Shown here: one piece after another, positions 11,986 through 25,200 of the stretch | How the letters are laid out: each line of letters starts with the position of its first letter | How positions within the stretch are numbered: position 1 is the first letter of the stretch | From: Carcharhinus longimanus | Lineage: Eukaryota | DNA: 64,000 nucleotides | Direction: 5' to 3' | Assembly (NCBI GenBank): GCA_030264375.1 | Contig: JASCQW010000122.1 | Location: 17,352,430 to 17,416,429 of the forward strand | Notes under the pieces: model-generated | The model's input: the letters and a program-made list of their open reading frames with translations, nothing else | What the model was told of the DNA's origin: nothing | Databases searched by the model: none | Made by a program: the position numbers and the translations under genes

Positions 11986-14900
11986 GAGATCTAAAGGGGG
12001 CAATGGAGGGGAGGGGGGATGGTGGAGGGATGAGGTTGTCAGTGTTGGAGAGAGTATAAGGGATGAGAGAAGAACACTAGCTGTAACGCACGAGCATGTA
12101 ATGCCTGAAATACATTTTTTCTCCAAAGGTGGCACTGTAGCACTCCCCTCAAGGCCATGCTAATTCCCAACTCTGCTCTAAAACTCAAGCCTGCTCTGCA
12201 AACAACTCTGGCTTACTGATATTATCAATATTCATCAGGCTAAATGCATTTTTTAAGAAGAAGTGTTAATGGGCTTCTGCCACACTTCCTGCAAGGCCAG
12301 GGAAGTGAGAACAGGTCCTAGATTTTCTAGACCAATGCCTTATAACAATATCAAAAATTATATCAGTGTAGGAGTTTAGTGTTGTTTGATGAATTAAAAT
12401 AGCTGAAATGATAAAAATTACTCAAATGTTCAAGGTTACCAGCTACATCGACACTAACATCAGCACTACAAAAATACTGTATTCTAGAAAGCATCAGAGA
12501 GATTGTGGGGTCAGGAATCTCAGAATGGGGGCTCAACGAAGAAGTGTTTGTTAAAGGATGTGTAGCACAAAGAATCACATCTTGACTAAGGGTACAAACA
12601 AAATTGATCTTGCATCTATTTTCCGAAACCACATAGGGATGGCCGTAGTACAAAAGGGCAATTTCTACTACAATTTCAAACTCAATCCATTACTATTTTA
12701 AAGTCTGCAAATATTTTTCCACAAATGAAGAAATTAAAATCTTAAATTTTTCCTGCCATTGAGGACCTGGTCCTTCCCCTTTTGATGACAGTTTATTCTA
12801 AAATAGATGCATATGTGCATGTACACACATATGTGCGTCTGATATATAATCTGTATGAGATTGGTGAATTTTCGCAGCAAAATAACCACAATATAACTGA
12901 ATCATTTGGCTTTAGGCTGGAGGTACCATAGGATTGTTATTTTAGCCTGTTTTTAAACTTTAAAATCGACACTTCAGGTAAAACCTTCCTAATTGCACGC
13001 TAACAAATATTTTTAAAATAGCCACGTGATTTCTGACAGAAAATTCAGCAGCCAGTGAGCAGATTTGCTCGCTTTGGTTTAGATACCATTAAGTGGAGCT
13101 CTGCTCCCCCTCTTAATAGACAGTAGTATGGGTGCCTTGTAGAATTCAAGTATTAGCCTCATTGGCACGCTCACTATCAAGTTCTCCATCAGTTCAGTAG
13201 AAGTCGCATTGGACTTAAAACTTTAATTCAATTTCTCTCTCCACAGATACTGCCAGACCTGTTGGGATTTTTCAGCAATTTCTGTTTTTATACCAAGTTC
13301 TCTTTTCCTGAAGCGTTATATGATTGATCAGGCATTAAACTCCTGAATGCGCCAAGGAAAAACTGGACATATTTTGACTTAACTCAGTGAGTTGAAGCAA
13401 GAAGCAATGAAGCCATTGTTCTAATTCTTGCGTGTTTTTTAAATAAACTTTATGAAACAGGGTAGAGAATACAAAGGCGGAAGTAGCAAAATCATCTTCA
13501 GAAGCCTTCATATTTTCATTCAATCAAAATGTGAAACTTGGAGAATACAATTATGCTAAAAGAGTTGTCATATTAATTAAAAATGCAAATTACATCTAAT
13601 TAGCCAATGCAAGATAATTTGAAAATAGACATTCTCCAACAAATCAAAACTGCAAGTCCCATATTTATAAAACTTGAAGATTGTAATCTGGAAATGTTAA
13701 GGACAATTTACAAATTAATTATACTAATTTGCTTTAATTTATATATGCAAATTATGAATAATGACTGTGCAGAAAAGCCATTATTGAGAGTCTCTGAAGT
13801 AGCAGTGGAATGGGAGTAGACAATTTTAGTGCTGTAAAATTGACTTGCTTTTTAATTAATTTTCATCATTTAGAAGGAAATTAAACAAGTAAAACTCTAT
13901 TTCTATATTGTATGCTTGATGTCCAATTATCAATAACAAAAGGGCAAGATACTTCAATACAGGACGGGCTGTTGTATACATGCAAATTGGAAATAATTTT
14001 CCACCGCTGAACATGGCTATATTTTCCGAATCTAGTTTTCATTTTAAATACAGTTTATCTGTTTTAATCCTATATTCTCTGGTACCTCACAAGTGNNNNN
14101 NNNNNGGCTGGAGAAATGGATGCATCACTCAACACTTAAGCAGATCAGTTTGCTTTCAGGCTTTGTAAAAGTCCCTCAGGCCTATATGTGTGAAGTTTCT
14201 GAACAGTGGGTGGTCATAGGTACGGTCCACTGCCAGTAACCACGTGTCATGGTTTAGACTACATTGTATTTCTCTTGTGGCTTCTATGTTGCTACTAAAT
14301 AATCCGTCCGCATTTATTTATTTTTCCTGATTCCTTTAAACACCTTCTGGCTTTAACAGCTGCCTCCCTCTAATCCTCTACTTTTGCTTTCTGAATTCAG
14401 AATTCACTAAACGTTCTTAAGGCTAGCAGTGTATCTAAATGCACTAAAATTCTCATTTTAATCAACTTTTAATGTCAAGCATGTGGTCATTCATTGCTAG
14501 CTTTTAACTAGAATGATACAGCATTTGAAACCCTTTCCTTCTAGAAACTGGACGAGACAGCTATTTCCAAAATGGTGGCCAATGTCCCTTTAGAAGTCTT
14601 ACTGCTGATGTTTTTGTAGCTATCACCAGGATATGTCCATCATTCCATATAGATGCAGTCTGGGAACTTTTCTATGTTGCCACTCAGCTGCTCCGGGTTG
14701 TTAAGTGTCCACCAATGATGACCCTTAACTTCTAATATCCAGGGCGTTGTACCCAGTGGGTGCCCACCCCATTTCCATCCCTAGACGTCCCCACATGAGT
14801 TCTGCACAGCAATTGCCCAGAAAGTTCAAACTTTAGTTGGGCAATCACCCTGTACTGGAAACCATTCAACACTCTGGTTTAAATCACAAATTTCAGATGG

Positions 14901-15550
14901 TTCTGACCATCTTACAGGAATAGTTACCCACGAAATGTGAGAAGAATGAAAACCACATCTAACTGCTAGGTTAAAGAACGCTGCCACCAACATTCTCCCT
15001 AACCACACTCCTGAACCCCCGGCAACCTTGCACATCCCTGATTACTATCTCAACCCCCACTATCCCCACTGCCACCCACCCCTCTCCAACTACTGGTCAG
15101 AAGGTAGGGTGAGAAAGGTGCAGTTGCATTTCAGTGTAGGTAAATAGGAGCACAATGACAACCCAACTCTGTTTGCTGCTCTGCAGAAGTTCTGACCCAG
15201 TATTTTGCTGGCGGGAACAGAAGGCAAAGCTTCTGTGTTCCTCAGCTGAGTGAGACTGACCTTTGAACAGAACATTCATATTCCTCGTTAGTCTTCATAT
15301 AATCAATTTTTCCAGCGTACTTATTTTCTCCACTGGTGTTTTGTGTCATATATTTAAATAATTGCATGATTGTTTTAAGAGCAGCTCACATGACTTAATA
15401 TTGAGGTCACTGGGATGCTTTACAGGCTCCTGTCTTAGTTTCATTTTCTGTTATGTGCAAAAACATCTCTTACAATAAAACTTCTGTGTGTTACTTTGAA
15501 TGTATTATTTAAGACTTTATAGCACTTAGTAAACAGTGGTAGAGGAGGAC

Positions 15551-15872
15551 AGGGCAGCACAGTGGCACAGTGGTTAGCACTGCTGCCTCACAACTCCAGG
15601 GACCCAGGTTCAATTCCTGTCATGGAAGACTGTCTGCAGGGAGTTTGTACATCCTTTCTGTGTCTGCATGGGTTTCCTCTGGGTACTCAGGTTTCCTCCC
15701 ACAATTTGAAGATGTGCAGATTAGGTGAATTGCCCATGCTAAATTGCCCCTTAGTGTCCCAACGTAAGTAGATTAGATGGATTAGCCATGGTAAGTGTGT
15801 GGGGTTACAGAGGTTGGCAGGGGGGAGTGGAAAAAGGATGGTTCAGGTAAGATACTCTGTCAGAAAGTTGGT
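15551..15872 (+). mobile_element. HE1-type SINE lacking its 3' tail, inserted just behind the Gypsy PBS
   Basis: agggcagcacagtggcacagtggttagc...ggttcaattcc. The body ends at tcagaaagttggt, where CR1 sequence begins. Confidence 0.88.
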
Positions 15873-17380
15873 TAGGGTTATATTCGTTGGAATTTAGAAG
15901 AATGAGCGGGTATCTCATAGAAACATATAAAATATTAACAGGACTAGACAGGATAGGTGCAAGGAGGATGTTCCTGATGGTGAAGGATATGGGGTAAACC
16001 TTCTAGGACACAGATGAGAAGTTTCTTCACCCAGAAACTGGTGAGCCTGTGGAATTCACTACCATAGGAAACAATTGAGGCCAAAACATTATGGGGGTGT
16101 TTTTCCCCACAATGTGCATTACAGAGGCTGTCAGGCAATTCACAGCATGTGTTGTTTGCAGGGGCGGGGGGTGCGGAGCCTAAACCTGCTGGAAAGGCCA
16201 GCAGGAGACTAATCGGGGGGCCATCGGACATGCGCCAATCAGTATGCTGGGAGATCGGCACATGCCCCAATGGCCCCCAAAGCAGAATACTGGGAGATCT
16301 GTTGACATCCCTCCCCAACGATCGCCGGCCCCAACTACCCCCCTCCCCCTGACTGCTGGCCCCCAATCCCCTACTCCCCCCCGAATGCTGTCCCCAACCT
16401 CCCCAACACTGGTCACCGACCGCTTCCATTGTAGTATTCGCAACCTCNNNNNNNNNNNNNNNNNNNNNNNNNNNNNNNNNNNNNNNNNNNNNNNNNNNNN
16501 NNNNNNNNNNNNNNNNNNNNNNNNNNNNNNNNNNNNNNNNNNNNNNNACCGCTTCCATTGTAGTATTCGCAACCTCTGGCCCCACCACTAGCCCCCTAGT
16601 CCCTACCTCAACGCAAAGATCCCCCCTTCCCTCCTCTCCTTCCTCCTCCCCATCCGGCTCCGCCTCTGCCTAGACCTGCTCCATGAGGCACCCTTGGCGC
16701 TGACAGTGTGCCAGGTTAGCAGTACCACAGTACCCTAGGGGCACTGTCCCCTACTTCTTGTGCGGGGTGGGGGGGGGTGTCTCAATGGACTCTGGTCCCA
16801 CCAGCGAGGCCATCATAGCAGATCCCTGTTGCTGAGGACCAACTGCGATCCCCACTGGTGGGAGCCTTCGCTGGTGAGATTGGAAGTTCAAGCGAGACAG
16901 ACAATGGCATCCAGAACGTGCTAAAAGGATTTAAATTAATATATGAACATTTAAATCAGCCTTGCGCCATTCCCTGGCATAAGGCCGATTACGCAAATAA
17001 AATGGCTCAGGTGCTTCAAAACCTGCCGATTTCTTGACCCACGCTTATATTTCCCACCCCACTACGCTGGTCAACCAGCGAAGCAGGGCAGGAAAATCGT
17101 GCCCTGTATGTTTCCAAGAAGGAGTTAGATTTAGCTTTTGGGGCTAAGAGAATCAAATGATATGCAGGGGGAGGGGGGTGGTGGACATGAAGCAGATCAA
17201 AAGATATGGGGGGGCACGAAGGGGATCAAAGGATATGAGGAGGGGGGCAGAAGCAGTATCAGGTTATTGAGTTGAATGATCAGCCATGATCATAACAAAT
17301 GGTGGGACAGGTTCAAGGGGCTGATTGGCCTACTCCTACTCCTATTTTTAATATTTCTATATTTTTTTATGTTTCTATGT
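15873..17380 (+). mobile_element. CR1 LINE 3' fragment split by a MITE (CR1 parts 15873-16090 and 17105-17380)
   Basis: LGLYSLEFRRMSGYLIETYKILTGLDR peptide. CR1 resumes at tgtatgtttccaagaagg. Ends ggcctactcctactcct...ttatgtttctatg. Confidence 0.85.
16093..17104. mobile_element. ~1 kb non-autonomous DNA transposon (MITE, Harbinger-like termini)
   Basis: Imperfect TIRs gggggtgtttttcc / ggaaaatcgtgccc interrupt a continuous CR1 sequence. GC-rich body; related sequence at 52118-52330. Confidence 0.65.
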
Positions 17381-19392
17381 GTGCAATCCACATCTTTTTC
17401 TTTTTGTTTAAAACTCACAACCCCTAACATAGTTAGGACATTACAAAAAGAAAACTTCTGAACTGTTGGGATTTTGTTTTGTTGGGTCCATCAAGAAGAG
17501 ATTCAAAGCTAAAATAAATATTGTGGTTCCTCACATTTCGAATATTAGAAGGCTGGATTAAAGATTGAAGTACCAGTGCACAAAGACCAAGTAAGAAAAA
17601 GGAAAGAGAAAATAAAATTGTGTTTCCTACTAGAAAATAAAAATCGATTACACCCCTTTAAGCTGCAGGGTCCGTACATGTGTTGCAGCAGAGCAGGAGA
17701 CTCATTAGGCAGTTGAAAAAGGGTGGGAGCTCTGTGTGATTTTGAAAGATGGGTTTTTATCCGATCAAAGAAGGGTGAGATTCTAGGCACTATCTAGCAT
17801 ATTTGAAAAGAAGGGCTGCTCTGCTATTTGGCTGAGACCGTTTGCAAAAAAAGACATCAAGCCAATGGTCCACAGGTTAAAAAGGAGAGTACTGGGAAGA
17901 CCGTAAAAAAATATATACTGGGCAATCTCAAGTTGTTAGTGCCTGCAAGAGAAATAGGTGCTATGGGTCCTTTCAATGAAGGAAATTAACCGTGGGGTTC
18001 CCATGCAGAGCATTTTCAATACTTTCAATACAATCAAAAAAAATTGCAAAAGTGTTGCTTGTACCAGGTTTTCTCAGTACAATAGGCAACATAACCTTCA
18101 ATTTGCTCCGGAGATTGGTTCATCCAGTAAAACCAGGAACTAAAACTTACGATGACTTGACAAAGATTCTCGAAGAGCATTACTCTCCAAAGCCACTGGT
18201 TATCACAGAAATTTCAGGTTCCACCAGAAGAAAACAAGTGGAAGGTGAAAGCATTCTCATTTTTTGATGAGTCGTTAGAAGATACACTTGGATACCATCT
18301 AGTTTGTGATCTCCAAAACAAGGGTATCTAAAGAAGATTACTCACTGAACATGCTTTGACTTTAAATACAGCATTAAAAAATCGCAAAGTCAATGGAGCT
18401 GGCTGCTAAAGAGGCTTCAGAATTTGGTGCAGGAATAAAGATCCACAACTTGGGAACTTCCCATAAGAAGTCAAAACAGCAACAAGCAGATCACAGATGG
18501 GCCAGTGAGTGAATGCTGGAACAAGGACAGTCAATGCAAGAATTGTGGCAAATGGGTTATATCAGATGCATCAATTTGGCGACACCATGCTGACCAGTTG
18601 TTGTTATCCTGAAATAATTTCTTGGAATCATCTCCAAAATTAGCAAGTTCTTTAGTCCACTGTGTTGTGAATGCTACAACTAAAGACTTAGCTGAATTTG
18701 AGTTGTCTATGATGTGTCTTTGCTACTATACTACATGAAAATGACACAGAATTAGTTCTAAGAGAAGACGTGTCTACTCAAGTTCCAAATCATACCTCTA
18801 GGGTCAAGGACAGCCAAATTCCAGAACATTGTATACAACCTGCGATGAATTGATGTCCTCCTGATCGACCTTTATATTGAATATGTATAACATTTAATGG
18901 TGCTTAGTACAGTGTTTTGAGTATTATTGATCCTGTGTATAACTTAATAGAATTGAGACTTAATAGAATTGTGGGTTATAGGTAGGCCTAGTAGGTAGGG
19001 ATATGATCAGTGCAATTTGTGGGCCGAAGGGCCTATTTGTGCTGTAGTTTTTCTATGTTCTAATATTGTAATAATCTGTTGTCATGGTCATAGAAGTAAA
19101 GAGAAAGGGATGTCATATATTTATGTGGTTGTATAATTGCTTTAAGAGCAGATTACTTGATCACAAAGTCATTGGCATGTTTTACAGGCTGCTGAACTAG
19201 TTTTATTTTCTGTTCTGTACAGAAAACATCTCTTTCAATAAACTTATTGTGTGTTATTTTGAATCTGTGTGGGCAAATCACCAAAACTATTAATGTAGTT
19301 ACTACTTTTTTTTTGGTCCGAGTGAGCAATATTAGCTGTTGTGAGGTTTGGGTTACTTGTTTGTTATCATTCTTCCAGTTCTACTCCTTAAA

Positions 19393-20618
19393 AATGAGAC
19401 CACAATCAGTAAGGATAGGCAACAACACCTTCTCCACAACTATCCTGAACACTAGTGCCCCGCAAGGTTGCATCTTCAGCCCTTTACTACACTCCTTATA
19501 TATCTTTAACTGTGTGGTCAAATTCCCCTCCAACTCAATTTTCAAGTTTGTTGATGACACCTCTGTAGGGGGTCAGATCTCAAACAATGATAAGACAGAG
19601 TACACAAAAGAGATACAGGGCAGGATTTTCTAACCACACTTACCCCAAGACTGGAAAATCCCACCCAAGGTCAATAGAACTTTGCATGCTCCATGTGGAC
19701 CATGTAGTATAGTAGCAAAGACACAATCATCAGGCAACTCGGATTCAGCTAAATCTTTAGTTGTAGTATTCACAACACTATGGACTAAAGAACTTGGTAA
19801 TTCTGGCCCCACCCACTACAATTCCAATGGCAGGTGGAATGGGAAAATTCTGCCCAGGGAATCTGGTAAATTTATGCAACAGCAATAATTTCTCTCTTAA
19901 TTTCAGTAAAACGAAGGAGATAGTTATCAACTTCAGGGTGTGTAGTGGAGAATATGTCTCTGTCTACATCAACAGAGATTAAGTGGAAATGGTCTAAAGC
20001 TTCAAGTTTCTAATTGTCCAGATCACCAACAAGCTGTCCTGATCACTCCACGCCGATGGAATGGTTAAACTACTTTCTCAGGAGACTAAGGAAGTCCGGC
20101 ATATCTGCCATGACTCTCACCAACTTTCACAGATGGACCATACAAAGCATCCTTTCTGGATGTATCACAGTTTGGTCTGGCTCTTGCTTTGATCAGGACT
20201 ACAAGAAATGACTGAGTCATGAATGAATCCCAGTCAATTAATCAAACCAGCCTTCCATCCACCGACTCTGTCTACACTTCCCGCTACCTCAGAAAAGCAG
20301 ACAATGTAATCAAGGACCAATACACCCCGGACATACTCTCCTCCACCTTCTTCCTTCAGGAAAAAGATACAAAAGTCTGAGGTCATGTACCAACTGACTC
20401 AAGAACAGCTTCTTCCCTGCTGCCTTCAGACTTTTGAATAGGCTTACCTCATAAAGTTGATCTTCTCTACACCCTAGCCCCTAGCTATGAAGATAATACT
20501 ACATTCTGCACCCTTTCCTTTCCTTCTTTATGATTAGTATGCTTCTTTGTATAGCGTGCAAGAAACAATACTTTTCAGTGAATTCTAGTACATGTGACAA
20601 TAATAAATCAAATCAAAA
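19393..20618 (+). mobile_element. Rex1/Babar-like LINE 3' portion (decayed RT), interrupted by a MITE
   Basis: RPQSVRIGNNTFSTTILNTSAPQGCIFSPLLHSLY...FKFVDDT (PQG and FADD-like RT motifs), then YFLRRLRKSG...SILSGCITVWSG. Tail aataataaatcaaatcaaa. Confidence 0.85.
19619..19854. mobile_element. Short MITE with 3-bp TSD (CAG) carrying a ~105 bp foreign insert
   Basis: TIRs ggcaggattttc / gaaaattctgcc, with cag on both sides (19616-18 and 19855-57). The insert 19701-19806 is the reverse complement of 18634-18737. Confidence 0.85.
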
Positions 20619-20649
20619 TGTTACAATAGTTAGATCCTGGGTAAAATTA

Positions 20650-21200
20650 GTTTCATAGGAAGATGAATAGACCATTTAGCCTTTCAAGCCTGTTCCGTCT
20701 TTCATTAAAATCATGACTGATCTGCGACCAAACACCATTCACTTGCCTTTGCCTCATATCCTTTAATAGCTTTGGTTAACAAAAATCTCGCAACCTCAGA
20801 CTTAAATGAATAATTAACCTGGCATCAACTGCCATTGCAGAAGAAAGTTCCAAACTTTTACCAGCTTTGCTTGTAGAAGCTTTTCCTAACTTCACTCTTG
20901 AAAAACCTAGCTTACATTTAGTTGCTCTCTCTACCCTATCAGTTCCACTTAACAGTTTGAAACTTCGATCAAACAGCTCCTTCATTTTCTAAATTCCAAG
21001 GCATACAATCTCAGTTTGTGTAACCTTGCTTCTGAATTTAACACTTAGAAGTCTATGGCTGATATTTTCTGACTTTCACACCAACAGGATCTTCTGGTCC
21101 CGCCACTGCGAACAGCACGCTGGCTCTCACTGTGAGAATGATACCATGGGGAGGCCAGAGTCATCCCCACCCCGGGTGTCATTCTGGTAAACTATACTGA
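20650..21200 (-). mobile_element. Old CR1 3' fragment with a short MITE at ~21057-21173
   Basis: Degenerate CR1 3' UTR (ataggaag...accatttagcctttcaagcctgttcc). Confidence 0.6.
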
Positions 21201-21924
21201 AGCTTCATCTTCATAAGTCAAGTGAGAGAGGAGAAAAAGGGGTTTTCGCAACCTCAAGTTAAAATGTATAAAAGATGATGAATAATTGGATTCACCCAGT
21301 GTGATAATGGAAAATAATGTAAAGAATAAGGCATGGAATACACTCTTTTCTTTGTGACCAGATTAATTTATATTGTAGCATGCAGAACAGTTTAACTTAG
21401 TATTGGCTTTTTTAATGCTGAAGGTTAATAAAAGGATAAGAAATTGGGAAAAGCTCTGCATGGCAATTCTGTAGAATTAATCATAGAAGCGGAAGATACG
21501 TGGAAAACTGTGCATAGGAGAGGAGAATGTAACTGATTATAAAAGCATATATTAACTAATGTTAAGTGATCAATTTCTGGAATGGTTCCAAACGATCTGA
21601 GGCATGGTTTCTTGACCAGGCGTGTAAGACCCTGAAGTGGTTGAGGGAACAAACAAGTCAATTTGTATCGATGGTCAGGTTCCATTTTTAAGTGAACCAG
21701 GCTGCACTCACAACTCAGATATCCAGTGGTATTGCACAGAATAAAATTCTATGGGATATCACCAGAGATGTTCCAGTGGTAGCTAGTGGACAAAACAGGT
21801 GACTGGTCCAAGTGAAGGGTTAGGTCCCAATCAAAGGAAGGCTGGAATCAGTCATGAAGCATTGATACATGGTACAGCTCTGTCTGCGAAGCACCCAAGT
21901 AGGGAATATAAGAGCATTGTTCTT

Positions 21925-22160
21925 TAATTTGTTCAAGAGATGTGGTCATTGCTGCCTTGGTCAGCATTTATTGCCCATTCCTAATTGTCTTCCAGAAGTC
22001 ACCTTACTGAACTGTTATAGTCCACGTGACGAAGGTGCTCCCCCAGTAGTGATATGTAGGAAGTCACAGGATTGTAATCCAGCAACAATAAAGGAATGTA
22101 TACATATTTCCAAGTCAGAATGGCATGTGACTTAGAGGGGAATTTGGAGGTTTGTTTCCA
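21925..22160 (-). mobile_element. 3' end of a second CR1-group LINE family (ATGA-tailed)
   Basis: cagcatttattgcccattcctaattg...atatttccaagtcagaatgg; homologous to 36430-36655 and 59180-59440. Confidence 0.7.
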
Positions 22161-22247
22161 CCTACCAGTGGATAAAACAGAGTGAAAGAAGTCCAGTTTG
22201 AGTAAGGTCTCAGTAACCTGTTTAATTTTGCCTGTCCTTCTCCAGTT

Positions 22248-25200
22248 AGAAACATAGAAATATAGAAACTAGGAGCAGGAGTAAGCCATTTGGCCCTTCG
22301 AGACTGCTCTGCCATTCATTTTGATCATGGCTGATCATCGAATTCAATAGCCTGTTCCCCCTTCTCCCCATATCCCTTTAGCCCCAAGAGCTATATCTAA
22401 TATCTTCTTGAAATCAGACATCTTGGCCTTAACTACATTCTGTGGTAGCCTGGTAAACCTTCGCTGTATTTTTCTATAGCAAGGACATCCTTCCTCAGAT
22501 AAGGACACCAAAACTGCACACAATACTCCAGGTGTGACCTCACCAACGCTCTATACAATTGCAGTAAAATATCCCTATCCCTATACTCAAATCCTCTTGT
22601 TTTGAAGGCCAACATACCATTTGCCTTCTTTACTGCCTGCTGTACCTACACGCTTACTTTCAGCGACTGACGCATGAGGACTCCAAGGCCTCATTGAGTA
22701 TCCACCTCTCTCAATTTCCCCATTCAAATAATAATCTGTCTTCCTATTATTGCTACCAAAGTGGATAACTTCATATTTATCCACATTATACTCCACCTGC
22801 CAAGCACATGCCCACATATTCCGCCTATCCGAATCACGTTGAAGTATCTCTGCATCCTCCTCACAGCTCACCCTTCCACCCAACTTTGTATCATCTGCAA
22901 ATTTGGAGATAATACATTCAGTTCCCATTTCAAAATCATTAATATATAATGGGAACAGTTGGAGTCCTAGCACAGATCCCTGTGGAACCCCACACGTTAC
23001 TGACAGCCAATCAGGAAAAGATCTATTCATGCCAACTCTTTGCTTCCAATCTGTTAATCAGCTTCCTCTCCACTTAAAGACATTATCTGCAAGTCCATGT
23101 GCTTTATCTTTACATAGTAGTCTGTTATATGAGANNNNNNNNNNNNNNNNNNNNNNNNNNNNNNNNNNNNNNNNNNNNNNNNNNNNNNNNNNNNNNNNNN
23201 NNNNNNNNNNNNNNNNNNNNNNNNNNNNNNNNNNNNNNCATGATTTCCCTTTTGTAAATCCATGTTGACTTTGTCTGCTCATACCACTGATTTCCAAAAT
23301 CCAAGTTATGAAATCCTTGATAACAGACTCTAGCAACTTCCCCAGTACCAATGTTACGCTCACTGGTCTATCATTCCTGTTTTCTCTCTCCCTTCTTTTT
23401 TGAATAGGGGGCTTACATAAACCACCCTCCAATCTGTAAGAACCAATCTAGAGTCCAAAGAATTTGGGAAAATAACTACTAATGGATCTACTATTTCCAG
23501 GGCTACTTCGTTAAGCACTCTGGGATGAGGTTTATTAGAACCTGGAGATTTATCCAACTTCAATTCCATCAATTTCCACAAAACCATTTCTCTACTAATA
23601 CTGATTTCCTTCAGCTCCTCACTAAAACATGTTTCTCTCAGCGCTTCTGGTACATTATTCATGCCTTCCTTTATGAAAACGGAAGCAAAGTATAAACTTA
23701 ATTCCTCAGCCATTTCTTTATTCCCGTTATGAATTCTCCCATTTCTCACTGTAAGGGGCCTACATTTGTTTTTGTCAACCTTTTTCTCTTTACATATCTA
23801 CAGAAACTTTTATAGTCAGTTTTTATGTTCCTCGCCAGCTTACATTCATACTCTATTTCTCCCTTCTTAATCAATCCCCTGGTCTTCTTTTGCTAAATTT
23901 TAAACTCCTCTGGTCCCAATCCTCAGGTCTATTGTTTTTTCTTGCTAATTTGTATGCTTCTTCCTTGAATCTGATACTATCTCTAATTTTCCTTGAAAGC
24001 CATGTTTGGCCACAATTCCCTTACTACTCTTGCACCAAACAGGATTAAACAAATTTTGGAGTTCATCTATTCATTCTTTAAATGCCTGCCATTGCCTGTC
24101 CACTGTCTTTCCTTTCAGTAATGTTTCCCTGTCCGTCATGGCCAATTCATGCCTCATACTATCATAGTTACCTTTATTGAGATTCAGGATCTGGTCTCTA
24201 CAATCAACTACATCATTATCCACCTTGACAAAGAATTCCATCATATTATGGTCATTCGTCCTCAAGGGTTCTCGCATCACTAGACTGCCAACTAATCCTT
24301 TGTCATTGCATAACACCCAGTCCATTATGGCCTACTCCCTTGTTGGTTCCTCAACATATTGCTCCAGAAAACCATTCTGTATGCACTCTAGAAATTCGTC
24401 CTCTATTGGCTAATTAGATTCTCCCAAACTATATGCAGATTAAAGTCGCCAAATATCACAGATGTTTCTTTTACACATGCATCTTCTATTTCCTATCTAA
24501 TGCTTTTCCCAGCATTATCACGACAGTTCACTAGTCTGTACACCACCCCCACCAATGTTCTTTGCCGCTTGTTGTTTCTTAACAGAGCCCATACTGATTT
24601 GACATCATCTTTGCTAATATCTTTCCTCAATACCATATCAATATTTTCTTTAATCAACAATGCCACTCCACCACCTTTATCCTTCTGGCTGTCCTTCCTA
24701 AACATTGATTAACCCTCAATGTTTAGTTCCCATTCAACTTGGAGCCACATCTCCATAATGCCAATTACATCATACCCCTTTACATCTATCTATGCAACTA
24801 ATTCATCTTTTTTTTGAATGCTCTGAGCACACAAAACCTTAAGGGGAGCACTTTTAACATTTCTTTTCCTTTTCCTACTATTTTTTACTCAGTCCTTATC
24901 TCTGTCCCTTGATTTCTCTGTTTATCACTTTCCTTATTCTCTGTCTTTTCCTCTTGTTCTTACTTGCCCCTGCTCTGAATCCTTGCAAAGGTTCCCATCC
25001 CCCTGCTATATAATTTTAAACTCTCCTCAACCACTCTAGCAAGTTCCCCCCCACACCCACCAACCCCACCCCCGCAACCATGATGGCGTGAGGGGGAGGC
25101 ATTCTCCCCCTCACACCATCTTTTCAGCCATGTATTCATCCTATGTATTCTGTTGTTTCTACTTGGATTAGCAACGTGGTAGTAATCCTTGAAGTCCTAC

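Larger units (their letters stand above)
15344..19265 (+). mobile_element. Old Ty3/Gypsy LTR retrotransposon, pol largely deleted, with nested insertions
   Basis: Direct repeats at 15344-15535 and 19111-~19265 both start TGTCATATATTTA and share tttaagagcag, tttacaggct, aaaacatctct and tgtgtgtta. PBS-like TGG at 15537. PPT aaagagaaaggga at 19098-19110. Decayed gag FLSTIGNITFNLLRRLVHPVKPGTKTYDDLTKILEEHYSPKPLVI at ~18070-18205. Confidence 0.85.
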
